DNA from: Octopus vulgaris
Lineage: Eukaryota
Length of the DNA stretch: 64,000 bases
Direction: 5' to 3'
Assembly: GCA_951406725.2 (NCBI GenBank)
Contig: OX597833.1
Location: forward strand, 61,132,001-61,196,000
Both the position numbers and the translations under genes were made by a program. Below are positions 53,806 through 64,000 of this stretch, in pieces. Positions within the stretch are counted from its first letter, which is position 1; the number at the start of each line of letters is the position of its first letter. The notes beneath the pieces are model-generated. The model saw only the letters and a program-made list of their open reading frames with translations, did no database searches and had not been told where the DNA came from.

Positions 53806-56525
53806 CTGGAACAAAACAAAAACAAAAAAAAAAAAATTTTTTTTTTTTTTAAATTTATTTATTTATTTAGCATACAATACTTAAAGAGACAGAAGTGACA
53901 TTCATTTCCTCTCAGACGTGATTTACCATTCCATTCTAATGAATATCTTTCGTTTTATTATGAGAATTTTTTTTTATTTGAATATAAATTCACAGATTCA
54001 AACAGTTGCTTAAAAAAAAAAAAAAAAAAAGGTGAAAAATACATAAATCTGCAATAAAACAACAACAAAAAAAGTGTCGAGTAATGAACCCCTGTGATAT
54101 TTGTTCTGTACCAAGTTACAGATACACCCTTATCACTGAAGTTGTCAAAGATGCAGTGAAATAACGACTGGGCCTTTTGGAAACCTCTAACCAACAGTAC
54201 TATTGTACACAAATTGCAATCTAAAATAAATTAGTCTCACTGCATGGCACACTAATGCCTTATCAGTAGTTTCATTTAGGAAACTGTGTGGAAGCCTGCT
54301 GTGTATTTGTGAATGTTCATCTTTTACCACTCGTCAATTAGTGCCGATTTGTTTGCGTTAACTTAGCAGTTTAGCAAAAAGAGATTGATAACCATAAGAA
54401 TCAGATAGAAAAATAAGTACTGGAGTCAAGGCAATGCCCCAGCATGGCAATCACACCAAAGCAGACACTGGAGCATGATGCAGTCGTCTGACTCACCGGA
54501 TCCTGTTGAATCATCCAACCTATGTCAGCTTGGAAGATGGACATTAACGGATGAGGATGTAGTAGATGTAAAAAAACAATTCTTGACCAGCAGCCTTTCA
54601 AGAACTTCAAATATTCCAATGCATCTTGGAGTATTTCATTATTTCTTTATAGTTCCAATTAATCAAGGGCCAGTGAATAAGGGAGCTGTTCTGGGTTCTG
54701 AGAATGGGAGCCCAAGATTTGATGGCACTTTACCTCACAATATTGTTCTTATTTTCTTTATTGCTCACAAGAGGCTAAACAAAGAGGGGACAAACAAGGA
54801 CAAAGGGATTAAGTTGATTACATCGACCCCCAGTGCGTAACTGGTACTTCATCGACCCTGCAAGAATGAAAGGCAAAGTTGACCCCGGCGGAATTTGAAT
54901 TCAGAACGTGGCAGCAGACAAAATACCTATTTCTTTACTACCCACAGGGGGCTAAACACAGAGGGGACAAACAGGGACAGACAAAGGGATTAAGTCGATT
55001 ACATCGACCCCAGCGCTTAACTGGTATTTATTTTATTGACCCCAAAAGGACGAAAAGCAAAGATGACTTCAGTGAGATTTGAGCTTAGAACATAAAGCTA
55101 AAAGAAAGATTGATGGACTGAAATTAGTTAATTCCATGAACAGAAATCCTTTAATTTTTCCTCTGCTAACCTTCTTTGAATTTCCTTTCTTGTCTTAAAA
55201 GTTCTTCAGCTTTCCCAGGCTTGACATTATTCGGCACAAGATTTGATAAATCCATGAGCTACAGAGGATAATCCATTTTTGGCAAATGTTCATTCCTTCT
55301 TTTGATATCCTAATAAACAACTATGAATACAACACACTCAACTAGAAAACTGATGTCCGACATTTGACACATGACCTCTTACATGGCGTGCAATCATTTA
55401 CACAGCATGTGACCTTACATGGTGTTCAACCAATTAGGGGAAAAGTTTAGGACAAGCGACTTTCCAAAGACAGGTACGGACCGTATGGTTAAGAAGTTTA
55501 CTGCACAAGTTTGGTCCCACTGCACAGCACCTTGGCAAAATGCTTTCTCCTTTTTGCCTTGGGCAGACCAATACCTATTTCTTTACTACCCACAAGGGGC
55601 TAAACAAGGACAGACAAACGGATTAAGTCAACCCCAGTGCGTAACTGGTACTTATGTAATCGACCTCGAAAGGATGAAAGGCAAAGTCGACCTCGGCGGA
55701 ATTTGAACTCAGAACGCAGTGACAGACGAAATACCGCTAAGCATTTCGCCCGGTGTGCTAACGTTTCTGCCAGCTCGCTGCCAATACCATGCGAAGGGAT
55801 TTCAATGACAGAAAGCTTATTGTGTCTGTGTGCCCCCGTTTATATATATGTCAGTGTGTGTGAGCACATGCATGTATGTTTATATTGCATGCTTGTTATT
55901 GCTTTGAACAAAGCAGTGATGATGTTGACATTGCTGGTTAACATTACGACTGGTCACTCTGCACTTTTGAAAACCTGTGGAATAAAGAAATCCCTTACTT
56001 GAAAAAAGATAAGGGGTGGCAACAGGAAAAGCACAAGGGTAGTAAAATGAAACTGGTGGTGGACCACATTATGTGTAACTGCTACTGACCAACACCCTAG
56101 TCATCTGCACCCTACTGCCCAAAATCCTAATCACCCACACCCACTTCTGTCTGACACCATAGTCACCCACATACCCCCACAGTCCAACACCCTACTGTTC
56201 AACACCTTAATCACTAGCACCCCATTGTCCAACATCCTAACAACTAGTACCCTACTGTCAGACACCCTAGTCATCAGTACCCATCTGTCCAACACCCTAG
56301 TTTTTTTTAAACACTCTGGTCACAAGCAAGCTATGGTTTGAGATGATAGTCACCAATACCCGACTGTTTGAGACCACAGTCACCCATAAAACCATTGTCC
56401 GACACTAATGAACAGTACCCCTATTAACCCAGCTATCAATTCTACCATGGACAGAAGCAGAAACCTGATAAGTGAACAGTAGAGACGTGTCACTGCAATA
56501 TGTGAGAGAAAGGATAAATACTTAC

Positions 56526-56667
56526 AGCGGCAGCAACATATATAGGCATCAATGGATGGGACGCTATAAAGAAGTCGTATAACCTGACTATGTGACGATA
56601 TTCTTTCAACACATGACCGTACCACGTGATAATCCAGCTGAGACAGAACATTGTACCAACTTCAGCC
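56526..56667 (-). CDS. TBC1D20: TBC1D20 exon (AEVGTMFCLSWIITWYGHVLKEYRHIVRLYDFFIASHPLMPIYVAAA)
   Basis: tgcag| acceptor, |gtaag donor, 142 nt; strong match to the TBC1D20 FxLSWxITWxGH...RLYDFF...HPLMPIY block. Confidence 0.95.
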
Positions 56668-57274
56668 CTGCAAGAGAAGTGATTGAATCAGTATGTATAT
56701 CAGATATAGTGTGTGTGTGTGTGTGTGTGTGTGTGCATGTGTGTGTGTATTAGAGACAGTAAGGATATGATTATGTATCTATCAGCTCTGCAATAGAAAT
56801 AAATGAGGCTGTCAGTATTTGTATTGGACACAGGGTATATATTACTGGCAGTATACACACAAAGATTCTGCATAATTCAGCCTTGTAATGGAAGTGATTA
56901 AGATAGATCACAGTGTGTGAGGTCTTTTCCTTTCTTTTAAAGCCAGGTACTTATTCCATCAGTCTCTTCTGATGAGCTGCTAAGTTATAGGGGATGCAAA
57001 CAAACTAATATTGGTTGTTATCAAGCAGTGATGGGGGACAAACATGCACGAAGGCACATGCATACATACACACACACACACACAGGTTTCTTTCAGTTTC
57101 TGTCTACCACATTACACAGAATAAACAGGGGTAGCATAAAGTAGTGAAGATATTTTAGCTCTGTTCAGGGTACAAGGACACTCACTAGTAATGGTCCCAC
57201 AATAAAATGTAGTGAGTACACTATGTAAAGCAGTTGGTAAATGGCAGAGACAATGTAGGGTCGAAAGACTCCTT

Positions 57275-58165
57275 TAGACTCCACTCGGTTCGCACAAACC
57301 CCCAGCTAAACTCCACTCAGTTCGCACAAACCCCCAACTAAACTCCACTCAGTTCACACAAGCCTCCAGCTAAACTCCACTCGACTCACAAGCCCCCACC
57401 TAAACTCCACTCGACTCACACAAGCTCCCCACCTAAATTCCACTCGACTCACACAAGCCTCCAGCTAAATTCCACTCGACTCCCACAAGCCCCCACCTAA
57501 ATTCCACTCGACTCACACAAGCCCCCACCTAAATTCCACTCGACTCACACAAGCCCCCACCTAAATTCCACTCGACTCACACAAGCCCCCACCTAAACTC
57601 CACTCAACTCACACAATCCCATTCATCTCCCACAAGTTCCCAGCTTAACTCTCACTTCCCACAAGTCTCCAACTAGACCCCACTCTTCAAAAGTTTTCAG
57701 CCAATCACCACCCACTTTACACAAGTCTCTAGCTAAACTATCTACTTCCCACAAGCCTCCCATTACATTCACACCTCCCACAAGTCTTCAATCACACTCA
57801 CCTCCCCACAAGCCTCCCATTACTCTCACACCTCCCCACAAGCCTCCCATTACTCTCACACCTCCCCACAAGCCTCCCATTACTCTCACACCTCCCCACA
57901 AGCCTCCCATTACTCTCACACCTCCCCACAAGCCTCCCATTACTCTCACACCTCCTCACAAGCCTCCCATTACTCTCACACCTCCCCACAAGCCTCCCAT
58001 TACTCTCACACCTCCCCACAAGCCTCCCATTACTCTCACTCCTCCCACAAGTCTCCCACTACTCTCATGCTTCCCACAAGTCTCCTATTGCTCTCACACC
58101 TCCCCATAAGCCTCTCATTACTCTCACACCTCCCCATAAGCCTCCCATTACAGTCACACCTCCCT
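57275..58165. repeat. C-rich compound minisatellite (30-32-bp units, then a homogeneous 30-bp array) in a TBC1D20 intron
   Basis: aaactccactcgactcacacaagcccccacct units, then cacaagcctcccattactctcacacctccc units. Confidence 0.9.
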
Positions 58166-58205
58166 GCCACACTTTCTATTCAAAACAGATCAATAAAAGA
58201 CTTAC

Positions 58206-58307
58206 TTCTGAAGATAGGCTTCAAGTTTAGGATTAACTTTGGCCAATATTGGGAAAACGTAATCCATTATAACTTTGGTCCTCTCCATAGTGCTACCCAT
58301 ATAGTCA
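58206..58307 (-). CDS. TBC1D20: TBC1D20 exon (DYMGSTMERTKVIMDYVFPILAKVNPKLEAYLQ)
   Basis: ggcag| acceptor, |gtaag donor, 102 nt, phase 2-2; resembles human DFMDPTMDNTKHILNYLMPII. Confidence 0.92.
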
Positions 58308-60501
58308 CTGCCAAACAAAGACAGAAAGAATGTTCATAACAAGCAGAAAAAGAATTTCACTCAACATCAATCTCAGTTTAAAAATGAGAAAATATCTTTA
58401 AAATTTACAAACAATAAAATGAATTTTTTTTTTCAAATTTAATTTCTATCTGCTCTAACTTAATGCTTGAAGATAGGAAGTTGTCTCAATATTCTTGGCT
58501 AAAAGATTGGATGAAAACAAGCATTACTTCAACGAGTTCCATCAGAGCCATGTAAGAATGATATATTGTGGACATTAAAATGATATTGATGATCATGAAT
58601 GATGTCATATTCCATCTGTGATAAAGAGATCAGAGCAACTGGTTTCAATTTTTATTAGCCTCATCAGAGATTGGTTACTCGTTTCACAGTCACAGAACTT
58701 ATGGCTATTTATAGCAACAATTCATACAGAGATCAACTGGTCTGTCTAGTTTGCTTACCACGGCAGGTGTTAACGACATCTAATAATTAATGCTTACATG
58801 GCTTAGTGGTTAGGGGCATTCGGCTCACGATTGTAAGGTCATGAGTTCAATTCCTGGAGGTGCGTTGTGTCCTTGAGCAAGACACTTTATTTAACGTTAC
58901 TCCAGTCCACTCAGCTGGCAAAAATGAGTTGTGCCTATATTTCAAAGGGCCGGCTTTGTCACACTTTGTGTCAAGCTGAATCTCCCTGAGAACTACGTTA
59001 AGGGCACACGTGTCTGTGGATTGCTCAGTCACTTGCACGTTAATTTCACGAGCAGGCTGTTCCATTGATCGTATCAGCTGGGACCCTTGTCGTCGTAACC
59101 GACGGAGTGCTCCTACATGGTTATATTATTGACCACAGGTGTACAAACGGTAGAGTGGATGATCCTGGTGGGATTTTGAACCCAGAAAATAGTGAGGGGG
59201 ATAAAACTAAAATACTATAACAAGATACTATAGACAAAACTACATCGTCTTTGCCTTCTATTTAACAAACAGTTGTCACAAACATTATCCATACCCTGTA
59301 TTTACCAGGTATTTATACCACAAAGCTATATCTATGTCCTATTTTCAAGATATTTATTACAAGATTATGTTACCTGTATACTATGTATTTAGTCTAACAC
59401 TTTCCCTTCTCCATCGCCACCTTCAATAATTATTTCTATTATAGACACAAGGCCTGGAATTTTGAGGGAGGGGCCTTGTTAGTTACATCGATCATGATTT
59501 TATCGACTCCAATAGGGTGAAAGGCAAGTTGACCTCAGTGGAATTTGAACTCAGGATGTAAAGGCAGACGAAATACCAAGCATTTTGTCTGGCATGCTAA
59601 CAATTCTTATTTCTTTATTGCCCACAAGGAACTAAACATAGAGGGGACAAACGGATTAAGTCGATTACATCGATCCCAGTGCGTAACTGGTACTTATTTA
59701 ATCGACCACAAAAGGATGAAAGGCTAAGTCAACCTAGGCAGAATTTGAACTCAGAACATAAAGACAGAGGAAATACCTATTTCTTTACTACCCACAAGGG
59801 GCTAAACACAGAGAGGACAGACAAAGGGATTAAGTCGATTACATTGACCCCAGTGCGTAACTGATACTTATTTAATCGACCCCAAAAGGATGAAAGGCAA
59901 AGTCGACCTTGGCGGAATTTGAACTCAGAACGTAAAGACAGACGAAATACCACTAAGCACTTCACCCAGCGTGCTAATGTTTCTGCCAGCTCACGGCCTT
60001 CGACATGCTAACAATTCTATCAGGTCACTGCCTCTATAATAATAATTTCTAAGGGTACGTCAAGCTAAGCAAGATCGCTGTCTTCCACACATACAGACTG
60101 GTCCTTTCAGGTGCTGGTGCCACTTAAAAAGCACCCTAATGGTTGGCATTAGAAAGGGCATCCAGCTGTAGAAACCATACAACAGACAGTCTGGACAGTT
60201 CCCTGTCAAACAATCCGACCCATGCCAGCATGGAAAGTGGATGTTAAACAATGATGATGATGAAGGTTACATATTTATAAAGAAGGATGCAATCACTTGA
60301 CTTTTTATCAACCCCATCTGACCCACAAGGATAAAAGGTAAAGTTAACTTCAACAGGATTTGAACTTGCAATATAAAAGCATGTAATTAAAAGACAAGGC
60401 AATCTGGCCAGCCATCAGCAAAATCTACCTGTCTCTTCTTCCCCTCCGACCAAAAGTAAAAAGAATTCAATACAAGCAAATGGAAAAATACTGCGATTTA
60501 C

Positions 60502-60593
60502 CTTAAATGTGAGATGCTAAGTCTATCTACAACGGCATATGCAAGGTCTTCACCAACAGTCAGCAGGATCGTAACACAAATATCATGGTAGCC
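60502..60593 (-). CDS. TBC1D20: TBC1D20 exon (GYHDICVTILLTVGEDLAYAVVDRLSISHL)
   Basis: caag| acceptor, |gtaaat donor, 92 nt; completes YYQGYHDI. Confidence 0.93.
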
Positions 60594-61812
60594 CTTGAGA
60601 TATCAGAGATAACATCAAAGTTAGTAGTATCATTTATCACAGGAGAGAGAGAAAGAGAGAGAGAGAGAGAGTGTGTGTGTGTGTGTGCGAGAGAGAGAGA
60701 GAGAGAATATTCAACAACAATTTTAAAATATCAAGCATTTTTCTTTTTTTCTTCTTTTGCTTGTTTCAATCATTTGACTGCGGCCATGCTGGAGCAACGC
60801 CTTTAGTCAAATCAAATCAACCCCAGGACTTATAAGCCTAGTACTTATTCTATCGTTCTCTTTTGCCGAACTGCTAAGTTACGGGGACCTAAGCACACCA
60901 GCATCGGTTGTCAAGCAATGTTGGGGACAAACACAGATACACAACATACACACGCATACATGCATATATATACATATATACGACAGGCTTCTTTCAGTTT
61001 CCGTCTACCAAATCCACTCACAAATCATTGGTCAGCTCGAGGCTATAGTAGAAAACACTTGCCCAAGGTGCCACGCAGTGGGACTGAACTCAGAACCATG
61101 TGGTCAGTAAGCAAGCTACTTACCACACAGCCACTCCTGCGCCTACATTTAGATTTTTTTTCTTCAACTTCCACTGTTCTAGAATTGTCACAACCCTTGA
61201 ATTCCTAAAATTCTATTATTTAACCCTTTTGCATTCAGATTACTGTCAAATGTTATGTTTATCTATTCACATTCTTTTGAATTAATCATGCATTATCTTG
61301 TAGCATAGGTGTAAAAGTCTGGACTGCTCAATTTTAAGATAAAACATAAGATATTTGGGCCAGATATGGTCAGTTAAAATGTTAAAGAATTAAAAGAAAA
61401 AAAATCCCACAACTTTTTTATTAATAATATTTCTATGAAAGACCCTAGTTTCTTCCTATCTCAATGCTTAAAAACAAAAGTATTGTGGACAGTCTATTTG
61501 ACTAAATCCTTCAAAGCAGAGCCCCAGCATGGCCCCACAGTCCAATGACTGAAACATGTAAAAGATATACAAGCAAGACATGACCCTCTCCAGTCTGTCT
61601 GGGAGGGCAGTATCTTTGAATAGCAGGGAAAGCAAATGTAAAACAGGGATGATGATATTCTTTTCTACTCTAGGCACAAGGCCTGAAATTTTGGGGGAGG
61701 GGGCCCAGTCGATTAAGTCGATCCCGGTACACAACTGGTACTTAATTTATTGACCCTGAAAATATTGAAAGGCAAAGTCGACCACGGTGGAATTTGAACT
61801 CAGAACGTAAAT

Positions 61813-62215
61813 AGGCGCAGGAGTGGCTGTATGGTAAGTAGCTTGCTAACCAAGCACATGGTTCCGGGTTCAGTCCCACTGCGTGGCATCTTGGGCAAGT
61901 GTCTTCTGCTATAGCCCCAGGCCGACCAATGCTTCGTGAGTGGATTTGGTAGACGGAAACTGAAAGAAGCCTGTTGTATATATGTATATATATATATATA
62001 TATGTGTTTGTGTGACTGTGTTTGTCCCCCTAGCATTGCTTGACAACCGATGCTGGTGTGTTTACGTTCCCGTCACTTAGTGGTTCGGCAAAAGAGACCG
62101 ATAGAATAAGTACTGGGCTTACAAAGAATAAGTCCTGGGGTCGATTTGCACGACTAAAGGCGGTGCTCCAGCATGGCCGCAGTCAAATGACTGAAACAAG
62201 TAAAAGAGAGTAAAA
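61813..62215 (+). mobile_element. SINE family B, near full length; other copies near 13405-13965, 20315-20717, 24615-24915, 37047-37420, 45884-46200, 49870-50240, 60757-61145
   Basis: Head ggcgcaggagtggctgt.tggtaagtagc...gggttcagtcccac, CORE-like cttgggcaagtg, internal (TA/TG)n, tail gactgaaacaagtaaaagag; source of the recurrent RLPNPLTRLWSARGYSRRHLPK pseudo-ORFs. Confidence 0.85.
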
Positions 62216-62295
62216 AGAGTAAAACAGGGATAATGATATTAAAATATTAAAGCTTTAGTAAATGAATTGATGATATAAAAATAAGAATATCCAAC

Positions 62296-62390
62296 CTGAT
62301 AATAATGCAATTCTGGATGATTTATCAGAACATGAAGAATGAGGACCACAAGTTTATCCTGAAGAACCAATCGTTTATCCTCTCGCATAC
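62296..62390 (-). CDS. TBC1D20: TBC1D20 exon (GMREDKRLVLQDKLVVLILHVLINHPELHYYQ)
   Basis: tttttag| acceptor, |gttgg donor, 95 nt; LHYYQ begins the catalytic YxQG motif. Confidence 0.93.
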
Positions 62391-62595
62391 CTAAAAAAAG
62401 AAGAACAAAGAACACTGTGATAAAATCGTCAACTGCATCAGGATGACAACCTCACCAATTTCTCATTTGAAAAAAATTGAAGGTTTTCTATCATATTATT
62501 ACATACTGTGCACTACTGACCCTTCTCTCTCTCTCACCCCCACTATCAATTGTCGTGTTCCTTAAGGTACAGTTTTATATCTCCCATACTATTAG

Positions 62596-62924
62596 GCGCG
62601 TGGCTCAGTGGTTAGAGCGTCGAGCTTACGATCGTGAGGTTGTGAGCTCGAATCCCGGACGGGGTTGCGCGTTGTGTTCTTGAGCAAGACACTTTATTTC
62701 ACGTTGCTCCAGTTCACTCAGCTGTAGAAATGAGTTGCGACGTCACAGGTGCCAAGCTGTATCGGCCCTTGCCTTTCCCTTGGACAACATCGGTGACGTG
62801 GAGAGGGGAGGCCGGTATGCATGGGCGACTGCTGGTCTTCCATAACACAACCTTGCCCAGACTTGTGCCTCAGAGGGTAACTCTCTAGGTGCAAACCCAT
62901 GGTCAGTCTGACCGAAGGGGGTCA
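62596..62924 (+). mobile_element. Complete tRNA-derived SINE (family D) with 12-bp target-site duplication; related copy at 19471-19805
   Basis: A-box TGGCTCAGTGG and B-box-like GCTCGAATCCC; CCATACTATTAG flanks both ends (62584-62595 and 62925-62936). Confidence 0.85.
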
Positions 62925-63214
62925 CCATACTATTAGAAATGCACATACACAGACATTCATACACTCAGCCAAGATCATAAACATCAACACACCTGAAACC
63001 CTAGACACCCAAAATACTTCTCTTTCTGTCGCTTCCATTGCCCCAACAACACCCTTCACTTCTCTGAATTAACAAACTGCATCCCTCTATCCCAGCTCTC
63101 CTTATTTCTATTACATCTCACACCCCAGATGAAGCACTAAATTTCCTTTTTTAGTGTCTCCTCATTCCTCTTCTTACTTACTTGTGGTGACATTCACCCT
63201 GGGTGGGTTGAGTC

Positions 63215-63550
63215 TGCTTCTTCTACCACCCTCGAGGCATCTCGAACCATGGCAGTCTATGCACGACGGTCCTGCGCCAGTTCACTGGAGATAGCGAGCC
63301 AGTCATGGTTCCACCTGCAGTCCCGTGAGCACGGAGAGTTCCTCCTTGATCGTCGTAACCCAGGTCTTCAGCTGCCCACCCACGCGTTTCCGCCAGTTGG
63401 GAGAAGGACATCACGGCTCAGTTCACCCACCAGACGCCTACATGCATGGCCAAACCACCACAAGCGCCGTTGCAGAAGGACAGATGGAAGGATCGTGGTG
63501 TTTTATATATCTTGCGTCCCCAAAGTCTTCTTACCCAGAGTACTCCCAGC
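63215..63550 (-). mobile_element. RTE LINE 3'-end relic in a TBC1D20 intron
   Basis: Minus strand LLQRRLWWFGHACRRLVGEL and QLKTWVTTIKEE, typical of the RTE C-terminal region; frameshifted. Confidence 0.7.
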
Positions 63551-63615
63551 AATACAGCCAACCCCTACTCTCCTTCCTCTCTCTCCCATCAACAACAACA
63601 TAATCCAATACAAAC

Positions 63616-63696
63616 CTGGAGGAAACCTCGAAAGAGATCTTTCAACATCCAGGAGAACTTGCTCATAGTCTCGATGAGTTTTTAATACTGAAAGTT
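63616..63696 (-). CDS. TBC1D20: TBC1 domain family member 20 (Rab GAP), first exon in window (LSVLKTHRDYEQVLLDVERSLSRFPP); upstream exons lie beyond the window
   Basis: ccag| acceptor and |gtttg donor, 81 nt, phase 1-1; DYEQVLLDVERSLSRFPPG matches the TBC1D20 arginine-finger region (human DYQQVLLDVRRSLRRFPPG). Confidence 0.92.
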
Positions 63697-64000
63697 CTGG
63701 AACAGAGCAAAGAAAACAAATTAAATAAAGTTTAGGGGTGTTTGTAGAAATTATAGTTAAATTACTCATTTCGTTTTTATGATACTGTCTGGAGGAGGAG
63801 ACAGTGTTCCTTGACCTTCACAGAGTAGAGGGAAAAGCAATATCTACACTCAGTTGTGATACCTATGTCAGTGGCATGTTAAAAGCACCATCCATATGTG
63901 GCCGAAGCCAATGCTGCCTTGGCTGGCTTCCGTGCTGGTGGCATGTAAAAAGCACCAACCAATAGTGGCCGTTTGCCAGCCTCCTCTGGCCCCTGTGCCG

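Noticed and set aside
57798-58019. Repeat protein (GRCESNGRLV)n
   Set aside because: Translation of a 30-bp intronic minisatellite with no real start codon or splice sites.
62596-62670. tRNA gene candidates, also at 33337-33410 and 19471-19545
   Set aside because: They are SINE heads continuing into a shared body, one with a TSD; no clean acceptor stem or T-run terminator.
63249-63668. Plus-strand 139-aa ORF
   Set aside because: Antisense to an RTE relic and a TBC1D20 exon.

Overview
Eukaryotic, AT-rich, microsatellite- and SINE-dense genomic DNA. The repeat families and style suggest an octopus or other coleoid cephalopod (inference). Nearly all ORFs in the supplied track are repeat artefacts. 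Reading splice sites by hand gives two well-supported spliced genes in convergent orientation and one candidate. (1) A complete 3-exon HSBP1 (+, 22271-41751, 90 aa) whose 6.5-kb second intron is a minor-spliceosome U12 AT-AC intron (ATATCCTT ... TTCCTTAAC ... AC). (2) The last seven coding exons of TBC1D20 (-, 63696-48921), ending in a tail-anchor helix. (3) A candidate first coding exon (-, 9334-9231) with a CABIT-like N-terminal motif, preceded by uORFs and a YY1/ETS/E-box motif cluster. The rest is tRNA-derived SINEs, RTE and Jockey/CR1-type LINE relics, mariner, hAT, piggyBac, pogo and Helitron non-autonomous elements, minisatellites and several fold-back hairpins. The most interesting signal is the HSBP1 minor intron. 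It is bracketed by an inverted SINE pair, contains a LINE-insertion-linked 78-bp hairpin, and if retained reads into an alternative hydrophobic C-terminus. I found no evidence of a novel multi-gene system.
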